Under the pieces are notes generated by a model. The model saw only the letters and a program-made list of their open reading frames with translations, searched no databases and had not been told where the DNA came from. A DNA stretch of 64,000 nt, from positions 1 through 64,000 of the forward strand of contig JBFJCP010000024.1 of NCBI GenBank assembly GCA_041615815.1. Direction: 5' to 3'. A program made the translations under genes and the position numbers. The DNA comes from Gemmatimonadales bacterium (GTDB lineage: Bacteria; Gemmatimonadota; Gemmatimonadetes; Gemmatimonadales; GWC2-71-9). The stretch's first letter is position 1, and every line of letters starts with the position of its first letter. Below, one piece after another: positions 40,755 to 50,092 of the stretch.

Positions 40755-41876
40755 TCACACCCATCCCCGCGCCCGGAATCCCTGCAAGACTTCCGCAAAC
40801 CTGCCCATTTCCTCGGGCGTTCCAATCGAGAGGCGATTGTAACTCAACAGAGGGGGGAATGGACGCCCCACGCGCACACCGTGGTCTCGCATGCGCTTGA
40901 TGTAGGTCGCGAGCTCTCCGTTGATCCGGTGCATGACGAAGTTCGTGTGACTGGGGAGATACTCGAGCCCAAGATCTTCGAGACACTCATGGAGAATTCG
41001 CATGCCGGCGGCGTTCGCCTCGCGACCCCGGCGAACCAGGTGGGAGTCGCGCAAGGACGCGAGCGCGGCCACCAGCGCCAGTTGGTTGGCGTTGTTATGA
41101 CTAATGAAGGCTCGAAGTCGCTCTGCGGTGTCCGGGTGGGCAATGCCGTAGCCGAGTCGGAGCCCCGCCATCCCGTACACCTTCGAGAAAGTTCGTACGA
41201 CGACCACGTTGGTCCGCTCCTTGACCCACTTGACGGTGGACCAGTACGCCGAATCGTCCACGTACTCGAAATAGGCCTCGTCCACGAGAAAGGTCACCCC
41301 GTCTGGCCTGGCCGCGATCCACTCGTCGATCTCCCGACACGACGTCAGGGTACCCGTGGGATTGTTGGGGTTGCAGACATATGCGAGCACCGGTTTGGCC
41401 GCCCGATCCGCCCGGTCGCGCATCCGCTCGATGTCGTGGGCAAAGCGGGCGTTGAGTGGTACCGTGGCAATGGCTGCCTGGAAGGGCGCGGCGTACCCCT
41501 CGACATCCTCGAAGGTCGGATCCGGTAGCACAATCGTCCCGCCCACGATCGCCGTGGCTTGCACCATCATCTGCAGAACCTCGGTGGAGCCCGCTCCCAA
41601 GACGATCTGTTGGGGTGTCACCCCGTGTTGGGCGGCGAGAACGGCAATCAGACGATCCTCATCCTCGCCAGGGTACCGATTCGCTTCCGCGATTCCCTCG
41701 ATCACCGCCGCGCGGGCCGCTGGGGCGAGACCAAGCGGATTCTCATTGGAACTCAACCGAAGGACATCGGAGGAATGCCGAGTGGGCGTGGCCACGGCGG
41801 ACCGGGTACCCGGCATGCTTCCGAGCCCGGCAACGCCGACGGCGACGCCAGTACGGAGAAAGTCTCGGCGATACAT
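40755..41876 (-). CDS. Tat-signal PLP-dependent aminotransferase (HisC-like, class I/II)
   Basis: MYRRDFL signal; LSSNENP, CNPNNPTG, VDEAY, RTFSKVYGMAGLRLGY. Confidence 0.9.
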   Translation of the reverse strand: MYRRDFLRTGVAVGVAGLGSMPGTRSAVATPTRHSSDVLRLSSNENPLGLAPAARAAVIEGIAEANRYPGEDEDRLIAVLAAQHGVTPQQIVLGAGSTEVLQMMVQATAIVGGTIVLPDPTFEDVEGYAAPFQAAIATVPLNARFAHDIERMRDRADRAAKPVLAYVCNPNNPTGTLTSCREIDEWIAARPDGVTFLVDEAYFEYVDDSAYWSTVKWVKERTNVVVVRTFSKVYGMAGLRLGYGIAHPDTAERLRAFISHNNANQLALVAALASLRDSHLVRRGREANAAGMRILHECLEDLGLEYLPSHTNFVMHRINGELATYIKRMRDHGVRVGRPFPPLLSYNRLSIGTPEEMGRFAEVLQGFRARGWV

Positions 41877-42011
41877 GGATTGCCTCCTCACGCAGAGAGG
41901 AATCGGGGACCTTGCGCCAATCTACGGATCGTGATGTTCCCCGCCACCCTTGTTGACGGCCATCAACGCTGACGCTACAACTAGCGAAACGCGCGAACAG
42001 GAATTCGATCC

Positions 42012-43190
42012 ATGCATCGCCGAACATTCGTCGAGATTGTCGCGGGCACGGCCGTGACCGTGCTGCCCGGTTTTCGATTTCCGAGCCGACGTCCGGAGCG
42101 CGTGGCCGTCGTCGGCGGTGGGATCCTCGGGGCGTCGATTGCCTACCACCTGGCCCGTCGCGGTGCCGAAGTCATCGTGCTCGAACGGGAACGCCCGGCG
42201 GCAGGCGCCACGGGGAAGTCGTTTGCATGGATCAACGCGACCTTCACCAAGCAACCTTACCATTACCATTGGCTGAATCGCCTGAGCGTGCTTTCCTACC
42301 TCCAGCTCGAGCGTGAGCTCGAGGGTGCTCTTCAGGTCGAGTGGGGTGGGAGCCTCCAGTGGTTTGGACGGCCGGAACACGCAGCGCGACTGCGCGAACA
42401 GGTCTCGCAGCATCAGGCGTGGGGTTACCCCGTGCGGCTGATCGATGAAGATGAGTTTCGGCAGTTGGAGCCCAACGTAGTAGCGGGGAAAGCGGCGACG
42501 GCCGCTTACACGGAGCATGAGGGAACCGTTGATCCTGTGCATGCCAATGAGGTACTCATCGATGCCGCACGACGGGCCGGAGCGACGATCGAGTATCCGC
42601 AGGATGTGACGGGCATCGACCTGCGTTGGGGACGGTTGCGCGGTCTTCAGACGGCTCGCGGTGCCGTGGCGGCGGATGTCGTCGTGATCGCAGCCGGCGT
42701 CGATACGCCTCGGCTTGCGACGATGGTGGGAGTGGGCGTCCCCCTCAAGGATTCCCCGGGTGTCTTGGCCCACACGAAACCCGCGAACCGCCTCATTCAT
42801 CGAGCGCTGCTCTCTCCGGGTGGACATATGAAGCAGATGGCCAACGGGCGGGTGGTGGCCGGGACGAGTTTTGGGGGCGCGCCGGTCACTGATACGTCGC
42901 GGGCACGCGGGGAGCAGATCCTCGAGGGCGTATCCCGGCACCTTCCCCAACTCGAAAAGCTCGAACTGGACCGGGTCACGCTCGGCTGGCGGCCGTTGCC
43001 CGCCGACGAGCATCCCGTCATGGGGTTTTGCCCCGGCGCCAGTGACGTGTACCTGGCAGTCATGCACAGCGGGATCACCCTCGCTCCCATCGTGGGACGG
43101 TTGGCGGCCCTCGAGATTTTGGACGGTGCGAGGGTGGAACTGTTGGAGCCGTACCGCGTGACGCGATTCGACCGGCAACATCAACCCTAG
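42012..43190 (+). CDS. Tat-signal FAD-dependent oxidoreductase (D-amino acid oxidase/DadA family)
   Basis: MHRRTF signal; VVGGGILGASIAYHL, GATGKSFAWIN, RPLPAD, HSGITLAP. Confidence 0.88.
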   Translation: MHRRTFVEIVAGTAVTVLPGFRFPSRRPERVAVVGGGILGASIAYHLARRGAEVIVLERERPAAGATGKSFAWINATFTKQPYHYHWLNRLSVLSYLQLERELEGALQVEWGGSLQWFGRPEHAARLREQVSQHQAWGYPVRLIDEDEFRQLEPNVVAGKAATAAYTEHEGTVDPVHANEVLIDAARRAGATIEYPQDVTGIDLRWGRLRGLQTARGAVAADVVVIAAGVDTPRLATMVGVGVPLKDSPGVLAHTKPANRLIHRALLSPGGHMKQMANGRVVAGTSFGGAPVTDTSRARGEQILEGVSRHLPQLEKLELDRVTLGWRPLPADEHPVMGFCPGASDVYLAVMHSGITLAPIVGRLAALEILDGARVELLEPYRVTRFDRQHQP

Positions 43191-43298
43191 TGCGTAGACG
43201 GCGCCCCACCGCGCGATTTCTTGCGCGCCGGCTTCCCGATGTCCGCGGCGGCGTAGGCGATTGACACGTGACCGGAGTCCCTCGATAACCATCATGGG

Positions 43299-44474
43299 AT
43301 GAGGCGTAGCCTGATGCGACGAGTACCAAACCGGAAGCAACGATGCGAGCCCGCGATCCGCCGTCAGACCCGCTGCGTCCTATTCGGCCTACTGGCCTTG
43401 GGCGGCTGCTCTGCGAGTGATCGGCCGCAGGGCACGGACGAGCCATGGATCCTGATCGATGCCGCACCGGATACCACGGACGGTATCCGCGTGCTCGTGC
43501 TCCACGATATGGAGGGACTCGCTGGCCAAGACGACCCCAAGTCGTTCGACTTCGGGAACGACGAATACCCGTTTGGCCAGGAGCTGTTGGCGGGAGACAT
43601 CAACGCCGTGGTCGACGGTCTGTTCGCGGGCGGCGCCACGGAGGTCCACGTGGTCGATGGTCACGGCAGCGGCAACCCCGAGCCCGATCTTCGTGGGGAT
43701 CTTCTGGACCCTCGCGCCACCCGGGTGCTCAGGGATGAACCCTTCGACACCTACTTCGATCTCGTCGAACCAGGAGCATACGATGCCGTCGCGGTCGTGG
43801 GCATGCACGCCAAGACCGGAAGTCGTGGATTTGCCTCGCATACGTACACGCTTGGGATGGACTTCATCCTCAACGGCCGGTCCATCACCGAGACGGAGCT
43901 GGTGGCGCTCTCATGGGGTCGTGTGGACGTGCCCGTCGTCTTCGGCTCCGGCGACGATCGGCTGGCTGCAGACCTGGTCACGATGCCGTGGATCGAGTTC
44001 GTCACGGTCAAACGTGCCACGAGCGCGTCCACCGCTGAACCACGGCCGCTCGGCGAGGCGCGGGCCGATCTTCGGGAGGGAGCGCGGCGAGCCATCGAAC
44101 GAATCTCGTCGGCGAAAGTCATGAAGATCGCCCTGCCGATTCGGACTGCGCTCCGCGCGGTGCCGCCAGCGAGCCTCCGGAGCCTCGAGGGAGTTCCCGG
44201 CATCGATTACGCGGACAACACGGTCACTTTCGTGGCCAGCGATCTCGCGGAAGCGTACGAGGGACTCCAGGAATTGGTCGGGGTCGCGCGGGTGCCCTAT
44301 GTCTCCTTGCTGCTCGAGCAGCTCCGGGCCAGAGCGGATTGGCCCGAGGTACGGCGCCGGTACGGCGACGCCCTCACGGCGCGGTGGCTCGACTACGAAT
44401 CGGGCCGCGGGGAACCCGAGCAGCCCCCGCTCGCAACGCCATCACCAGACCGCAAGTATCACGGGTACCAGTGA
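43299..44474 (+). CDS. M55 D-aminopeptidase (DppA-like) lipoprotein
   Basis: Lipobox LGGC; DMEG, VVDGHG, GMHA, SHTY, SGDD. Confidence 0.85.
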   Translation: MRRSLMRRVPNRKQRCEPAIRRQTRCVLFGLLALGGCSASDRPQGTDEPWILIDAAPDTTDGIRVLVLHDMEGLAGQDDPKSFDFGNDEYPFGQELLAGDINAVVDGLFAGGATEVHVVDGHGSGNPEPDLRGDLLDPRATRVLRDEPFDTYFDLVEPGAYDAVAVVGMHAKTGSRGFASHTYTLGMDFILNGRSITETELVALSWGRVDVPVVFGSGDDRLAADLVTMPWIEFVTVKRATSASTAEPRPLGEARADLREGARRAIERISSAKVMKIALPIRTALRAVPPASLRSLEGVPGIDYADNTVTFVASDLAEAYEGLQELVGVARVPYVSLLLEQLRARADWPEVRRRYGDALTARWLDYESGRGEPEQPPLATPSPDRKYHGYQ

Positions 44475-44543
44475 CGCACGGTGGGCCGCACGCTCGCTCG
44501 ACAACGGCGAGCGCGCTGCCACCGTGCGCGATGGTGTCCGGAT

Positions 44544-45524
44544 CTATTTTCCAGCCTGCGGTCCGCGCCGCCCACGCGCCCGGACTTGGCGGATTGTGGC
44601 CAAATGCTCTCGGTAGGATCGTGAGAACTCGTGGAGTCCGTCGCGGCGCGCGACGAAGTAGAGGTACTCGCTTTCCGGGGGATACAAGGCGGCCTCGAGA
44701 CTGGCCAGCGACGGCTGGTTGATGGGAGCCGGTGGGAGTCCGTTGATCCGATAGGTGTTGTAGGGTGACTTGACCTTGTAGTCGCCCTGATAAAGACGCC
44801 GGCGCTTGCCAAGCGCGTAGACCACCGTCGGATCCGCCTGAAGCCGCATTCCCCGAGTCAGACGATTGTGATACACGGAGGCAATCTCCGGTCGGTCACC
44901 GCCGTGTACCAATTCCCCTTCGATGACGGAGGCGAGCGTTACCGCCTCGTCGCGCGTGAGACCGAGCGAATCGAGTCTCGCATTCCACTCGACGTTCCAT
45001 CGCGTCTCGAAGGAATCGACCATCTGCCGCACGATGTCGTGGGCAGAGGTAGGCAGCTTCACGTAGTAGGTGGTCGGGAAGAGATACCCTTCCAGCGACG
45101 CGCCGCGGGCACCGACCCGTGCTCGAAGAGTCGAATCACCAGCCGCGACCACCAAACTCTCTGCCGGGATGCCAAAGCGGTCTTCCACGGCTTCCGCCAC
45201 TTCGGTGATCCAGTGCCCGGCTTTTACCCGCAGGCGTTGGACCGGGGGGCGGCCCTTCCGTAGTTGGATGAGCACGCGACCCATCGGCGTCCCGGGACGG
45301 AACGGGTACGTTCCCGGCTGGATGCCATCGTCTTTATTCCCCAAGCGTGCGTAGCGCGCAAACGATTCCGCCGAACGCACGATCCCATGCACGGCCAGCG
45401 ATTCCGCGACGGCGTCCACGGAGGCGGCCTCCGGCACCGTCACCCACACGGCATTCGGTGGCTCGGGAACCGTGCAGGCGCCGATCGCGACCACGATCGT
45501 CGCCAAGGTACTCCACGCTCGCAC
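44544..45524 (-). CDS. mltG: Endolytic transglycosylase MltG
   Basis: EGYLFPTTY, LASVIEGE, SVYHNRL, LQADPT, SPYNTY, GLPPAPI, YLYFVA. Confidence 0.93.
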   Translation of the reverse strand: MRAWSTLATIVVAIGACTVPEPPNAVWVTVPEAASVDAVAESLAVHGIVRSAESFARYARLGNKDDGIQPGTYPFRPGTPMGRVLIQLRKGRPPVQRLRVKAGHWITEVAEAVEDRFGIPAESLVVAAGDSTLRARVGARGASLEGYLFPTTYYVKLPTSAHDIVRQMVDSFETRWNVEWNARLDSLGLTRDEAVTLASVIEGELVHGGDRPEIASVYHNRLTRGMRLQADPTVVYALGKRRRLYQGDYKVKSPYNTYRINGLPPAPINQPSLASLEAALYPPESEYLYFVARRDGLHEFSRSYREHLATIRQVRARGRRGPQAGK

Positions 45525-45610
45525 TCTTACTTTTTGACCATTCGTATGGAGCAAGATGTCCTCACATGCCACGGACGGGCCGAGGATAACCCGACCTCGA
45601 AAACAGAGGC

Positions 45611-45653
45611 TGTGATCTACCTAACAGGTGGCGAGCTCGTGATGTATGTCACG
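45611..45653. promoter_or_regulatory. Two CRP/FNR-family-like boxes
   Basis: TGTGA-N6-TAACA (45611-45626) and CGTGA-N6-TCACG (45638-45653) in the mltG/DUF481 divergent region. Confidence 0.45.
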
Positions 45654-45990
45654 TCTGCGAGGCGCTGTCTGAACACTGTGCTCAGGGCCAGAACACGCAG
45701 GCGCGAGCCCCCATGAGTGTTCGCCGGACAGACTCGACTTGCATCTGTCCGTGCGCCGTGGTGAAATCGCGGCGGCGGCCGAGAAGCGCGGCGACCACGA
45801 GAACAAAGAACGATCACGCAGAGCCCCTTCCCAGCTGCGATGGCTCCGGCGCCTACTCCGCACCGGCCTTCACTTCGCCTATTCACGATTACCTTGGGCC
45901 CACACCCGTGTTGAGTTTGCTCCTCAGACCACGTAGTCTTCGCGCCGGACCGTAAAGCGTTTCAGCTGGAGGCGAGAGCCCGGGTATCCT

Positions 45991-46758
45991 ATGCGTGTCA
46001 TCGCACTACTGGTGCTGTTCGCGGGCGAGGTGGTGTCGGTGGCGGGCGCCCAAGTCAACATCGAGAGCCTGCGCCCGGGAGGAGATGCTCTCGGATGGTC
46101 CGGAACCGCAGCACTCGAGCTCTCCGTCCGCACCGGCAACGTCGAGATCGCACAGTTCACGCTCACGGGGCGGGTGAATCGGGTGGGGCCGCGCGCCCAC
46201 TCGTTTCTCATTGCGAGCGGTGATCTGGGATTTCAGGCGGGAGAGCGATTCTCCAATGCGAGCCTCGTACACCTCCGTCATGCCTACGCGGTCAGCCCCC
46301 GGTTTCAACCGGAGGCCTACGTGCAGTTGAACTACAATAAACCGCAGCGCCTCGATCTTCGGTGGCTTGCGGGAGCCGGACTCCGCCTGGGCGTGCACCA
46401 CGATGCCCGACGCCTCGTTTGGTTCGGCACCGGCGCCATGTTCGAGCACGAGCGGATCGATCTCGATCCACCTGCCGTTCACCCTCGACGGACCTCCGTG
46501 GTCCGCTGGAGCAGCTATCTGGCGGCCCGCTTCACGTTTCCCCGGGAGGTCGTCCTGACGGCTACCTCCTACCTCCAGCCCCGGACCGATGCGTTCCGCG
46601 ACACCCGAAATCTCACCAAACTGGATCTCGCAGTGCCACTCAGCGAGCGCGTGGGTCTTACGGTGTCGTACGACCTTCGCTACGACAGTCGTCCCCCGGA
46701 CGGGGTGACGTCGCTGGATACGGCCCTCAAGACCGGCGTGTCGGCGGCTTTCCCATGA
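45991..46758 (+). CDS. DUF481 (YdiY-like) outer-membrane beta-barrel
   Basis: Signal peptide, QVNIESLR, GNV, alternating beta-strands, YDSRPP, terminal aromatic residue. Confidence 0.8.
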   Translation: MRVIALLVLFAGEVVSVAGAQVNIESLRPGGDALGWSGTAALELSVRTGNVEIAQFTLTGRVNRVGPRAHSFLIASGDLGFQAGERFSNASLVHLRHAYAVSPRFQPEAYVQLNYNKPQRLDLRWLAGAGLRLGVHHDARRLVWFGTGAMFEHERIDLDPPAVHPRRTSVVRWSSYLAARFTFPREVVLTATSYLQPRTDAFRDTRNLTKLDLAVPLSERVGLTVSYDLRYDSRPPDGVTSLDTALKTGVSAAFP

Positions 46759-46955
46759 AGGGACGAAGACGCGTCCTGATGACTTTGGCCTGCCTGGGCC
46801 TGGTTGGACTGGGCCCGGGTAGCACTACTGGATGCGATTTTGCGCCCACCGACCTCCAGTGCAAAGCACAAGGCGCTCGCTGCCTCGGCGATCTCGAGTG
46901 TTGTACCAATAACTGCGGGCCCGACATTTCGGGAACGCGAGGCGTGTGTCAATGA
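46755..46955 (+). CDS. Small secreted or lipoprotein cystine-knot-like peptide (66 aa)
   Basis: ATGA overlaps on both sides; MKGRRRVLMTLACLGLVGLGPGSTTGC then C-X6-C-X5-CC-X3-C-X10-C. Confidence 0.75.
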   Translation: MKGRRRVLMTLACLGLVGLGPGSTTGCDFAPTDLQCKAQGARCLGDLECCTNNCGPDISGTRGVCQ

Positions 46956-47428
46956 GCGCGGCGCGAGGAAAAGACCTCGAGGGCGGGGGGGGCGCCAACG
47001 GCTTCCCGCAGGTGGCCAAGGCCCTCGTCTCGGTGGAACGGAAAAAGTTCCTGCTCTTTTCACGCAAGCGAGCGCCGGGGACAGACAAGCACGGGCGGCT
47101 CGAGCTGCTGGGGGGGCACATGGATGGGGGAGAATCACCGCTCGAAGCGTTGGTACGCGAGCTCGCCGAGGAAGAGGCGACCGGCACGCTCGCCACGCGG
47201 GTTCGCAAGTCCAAACCGTCCAGCACGGCCATCCCGCTGTCCGACGCCGTGTACCACGTGTTTCGGATCGGGATCTCGCTGGACGATTACCTGACGCTCG
47301 AGCCGGGCCACGGTGAGAGCCTCGGATTTCATCTGGTTCCGCTGTCGCTCATGACCAAGCGTCGCCTCAGGAGCCACTTCACCGACAAAACCGTGGAGCT
47401 CTTTACCAACATGGGGATCCTCGACTAG
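46952..47428 (+). CDS. NUDIX hydrolase
   Basis: Nudix box GHMDGGESPLEALVRELAEE. Confidence 0.85.
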   Translation: MSAARGKDLEGGGGANGFPQVAKALVSVERKKFLLFSRKRAPGTDKHGRLELLGGHMDGGESPLEALVRELAEEEATGTLATRVRKSKPSSTAIPLSDAVYHVFRIGISLDDYLTLEPGHGESLGFHLVPLSLMTKRRLRSHFTDKTVELFTNMGILD

Positions 47429-47432
47429 CCAT

Positions 47433-48224
47433 ATGCGTTGGCTGCCGATCCTCCCCGCGCTCTGGAGTGTCTTCCTCACTACGCCGCTCCGAGCCCACGT
47501 GGGCTCGGGGATCGCCTTCGATACGGTCGGTCGCATCTACTTCTGCGATACGGCCCGCAACGTGGTGTGGCGGCTCGAGCTGGATGGTGATCTGACCCTC
47601 GTCGCCCATGACGTGCACACCAACGTGCTCTGGGTGAACCCGGACGGATCCATTGGGTTTCCGGAGACCGGCTACGATGCGGACACGACGTTCACCACCG
47701 TTACACCGGACGGTATGGCATTCCGGATCGATCGCCGTGCCATTCTCCGCCGTCGACCAGGCGGGACGACCGATACGCTCACCGGGTACGGTGTTGGCAC
47801 GGAGGAGACGGCATTCGGACGACCCGTGGCGCTCGCAGCCGATTCGATGGGCAATCTCTACGTCGCGGATTACGGCCGTCGCCGAGTCCTGCGGATCACG
47901 CGTACGGGAACGGCCACGACCGTCGCGGTGTCGTCGTGGTTTCGACATCCTACGGGCGTGGCGGTTCGAGACGGCCGAGTGTACGTCCTGGAACGGTGGG
48001 GTGATTATTGGGGGCCGTCCGCCCTCGTGACTCAGCTTCCCTTTGGGGACGACGTCGTGGGACATCCCCGCCTGCGAGTCATCGAAGCGGATGGAAAGGG
48101 CCGGACGCTCGTGACGTTGGCCGCAGCGGGACCCCGCCTCGGGGCAACCCTCCTCGTCATCATCATCCTCGGCGTGGCGGTGGTGCCGTTATGGCGTCGG
48201 TTCGTGGCCCACCGTCAGGCGTAA
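47433..48224 (+). CDS. NHL-repeat protein with signal peptide and C-terminal TM anchor
   Basis: FGRPVALAADSMGNLYVADYG, HPTGVAVRDGRVYV; hydrophobic tail followed by WRR. Confidence 0.8.
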   Translation: MRWLPILPALWSVFLTTPLRAHVGSGIAFDTVGRIYFCDTARNVVWRLELDGDLTLVAHDVHTNVLWVNPDGSIGFPETGYDADTTFTTVTPDGMAFRIDRRAILRRRPGGTTDTLTGYGVGTEETAFGRPVALAADSMGNLYVADYGRRRVLRITRTGTATTVAVSSWFRHPTGVAVRDGRVYVLERWGDYWGPSALVTQLPFGDDVVGHPRLRVIEADGKGRTLVTLAAAGPRLGATLLVIIILGVAVVPLWRRFVAHRQA

Positions 48225-48424
48225 CCTTCCTCCGGCATCAGGATCCAGAGGAGAATGTACGCCAGCAGTCCGGGAAATCCCGCCGAAAACAACGAGATCA
48301 GGACGTAGGCAACGCGGACCAACGTGGGATCCCAATCCAGCCACTTGGCAATCCCGCCACAAACGCCCGCGATCATTCGATCGTCCTGAGCCCGCCGAAG
48401 CGGTCGCTGCAATTGATTACCCAC
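48215..48424 (-). CDS. pspC: PspC domain protein
   Basis: LRRAQDDRMIAGVCGGIA...DPTLVRV...YILLWILMPEE. Confidence 0.92.
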   Translation of the reverse strand: MGNQLQRPLRRAQDDRMIAGVCGGIAKWLDWDPTLVRVAYVLISLFSAGFPGLLAYILLWILMPEEGYA

Positions 48425-48429
48425 TCGAC

Positions 48430-48481
48430 ACGGCCTCCAAGACAGAGCTGTTCAAACGGCCTCCAAGACAGAGCTGTTCAA
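48430..48481. repeat. Perfect 26-bp tandem duplication
   Basis: acggcctccaagacagagctgttcaa x2. Confidence 0.95.
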
Positions 48482-50085
48482 AAAGTAACGTTCCGGCCGA
48501 AACTGAACACCCAGCGGTTTTCGCCGAATCCATCTCCAAACCGATAGGCGACGTCGAGGCGTCCCATCGTAACCGCACCTGCTCGAGTGGAAGAAAGCCG
48601 GAGTCCCGCCCCCACACTCCCGCCGAACCGCGGAGACTGATCGTCGAACCAGGCCCCACCATAGTCCACAAACGTCGCCAACCCAATGCCGAACAACTTG
48701 AGGAAGCTGTCGAGCAGAAACACTCGCTGCTCTGCCGTCCACCAGATCTCCTGGTCACCCGTGAACGCATGGGCGGGGAATCGCCGCAGTCCCTTATCGA
48801 AGCCGACGTCGAACTCCTTGGACGGTGGCGCGCCCTTACGAACGCTCGCTTCGAGGCGGAGCACCGTGGCTGTGCGCGGAATGGGCTGGGTGACGGCCGT
48901 GAGGATCCCGCGGACCTGGCCCGAATCCAATCCGGCCGACGTGAAGAGTCCATTGGCGAACCCTTCGAGTCGGGCGAAATGCCTGCCACCCACCGACCCG
49001 CCAATCTGAAACTCGAGGCTCGGCCCCACCCCGGTACGCTCGTACCCCAACGCGCTCGGAGCCAACCACACCGAGACCGCCACTCGCGGGGATAGGTCCA
49101 CGTCCACGTCCCGTGAAAAGGCGAGGTAGTAGTGGGTGATCAGAAACCGGGCTTTCGTGAGCTCGGCGCCAAATCCAATAGCGGCAGTCACCGTATCCGG
49201 AATCGCGAGCGCCGTGTCCGCCAACAGCTGGTACTCCTCACGCTTGATCTGGCCGAGGACCCCGAGGCGAAGATACCGACTCTCATCGGCGAGGGGAGCG
49301 ATGGCGGCATTCATGTTCACCTGAATGAGCCGGCGAAAGAACTCAGTCTCCAGCACGCCGTCGCGAAACTGCAGCTCCCGCTGGGTCGCCCACTCTCCAG
49401 TCAGCTCAACCGCATTGCGATCGGCAAAGGCGCGAAAGGGCAGCCCAACCCCCCACACGCCCTTGTTACCATCGCTCAGTTGGTCCCACCGTCCAAAGAA
49501 TCCCGCGCGCGTTCCCAGGAGGCGATTCTGCGATGCCTCGAGCGTGAACGAGTTCCGATCCACCTCTTTGCGAAACTTGGCTCGGAACAGGGTCCCCGTC
49601 CCCAAGATGTTCTTCTCCTTGAGTCCGAGTCCCCACATGGTCTGTCCGCCGGTGCTTCGCGCATCCATTTGTACGGTCGTGGTCCAGGCGTCCGCGACAT
49701 CCACTCGGGCCGTCAGTTGCCCATCCACGGTGAGCGTATCGATATCCACGTCACGGAAAAGCCCCAAAGTCCGCAGATTGCGCGCCGTTTCATTCAGTAC
49801 GAGGGAGTCGGCGGGTCTCCCTTCGTCGAAGAGCAGCTCCTGACGGATGACGAACGATCGCGTCCGGATATGTAAGGTGTTGAGGAGGCGAAACAGGAAG
49901 TTTCCGCGGGTCTCGTCCGGGTCGAAAACGTTCCGCTGCACGATGACCACCGAATCGATGGTGGGCGCGACCACGGTATCGCGGCTGTGTTGCGCCTCGC
50001 CGGGGGTGGACACGGTCGACGCGAGGGCGAGGACGGCCGCCGCGCGGATCAATCCCGCTCGTACGGCGCCTGTATGGCCACTCAC
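48478..50085 (-). CDS. Omp85/BamA-TamA-like outer-membrane protein (POTRA-like region plus barrel)
   Basis: Signal peptide; TRSFVIRQELLF, ETARNLRTLGLF, EKNILG, GLRRFP, FVDYG, C-terminal F. Confidence 0.8.
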   Translation of the reverse strand: MSGHTGAVRAGLIRAAAVLALASTVSTPGEAQHSRDTVVAPTIDSVVIVQRNVFDPDETRGNFLFRLLNTLHIRTRSFVIRQELLFDEGRPADSLVLNETARNLRTLGLFRDVDIDTLTVDGQLTARVDVADAWTTTVQMDARSTGGQTMWGLGLKEKNILGTGTLFRAKFRKEVDRNSFTLEASQNRLLGTRAGFFGRWDQLSDGNKGVWGVGLPFRAFADRNAVELTGEWATQRELQFRDGVLETEFFRRLIQVNMNAAIAPLADESRYLRLGVLGQIKREEYQLLADTALAIPDTVTAAIGFGAELTKARFLITHYYLAFSRDVDVDLSPRVAVSVWLAPSALGYERTGVGPSLEFQIGGSVGGRHFARLEGFANGLFTSAGLDSGQVRGILTAVTQPIPRTATVLRLEASVRKGAPPSKEFDVGFDKGLRRFPAHAFTGDQEIWWTAEQRVFLLDSFLKLFGIGLATFVDYGGAWFDDQSPRFGGSVGAGLRLSSTRAGAVTMGRLDVAYRFGDGFGENRWVFSFGRNVTF

Positions 50086-50092
50086 AGGTTCG

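Noticed and set aside
40755..41876. Naming this gene hisC
   Set aside because: Twin-Arg export signal and no his genes nearby argue against histidine biosynthesis
45617..45955. Short ORFs in the mltG-DUF481 gap
   Set aside because: No convincing RBS, motif or composition in any frame
46362..46754. N-terminal extension of the 197-aa ORF containing the knottin
   Set aside because: Lies out of frame inside the DUF481 gene; the likely start is the ATGA overlap at 46755
48430..48481. CRISPR-like repeat
   Set aside because: Two directly abutting copies with no spacer and no cas genes
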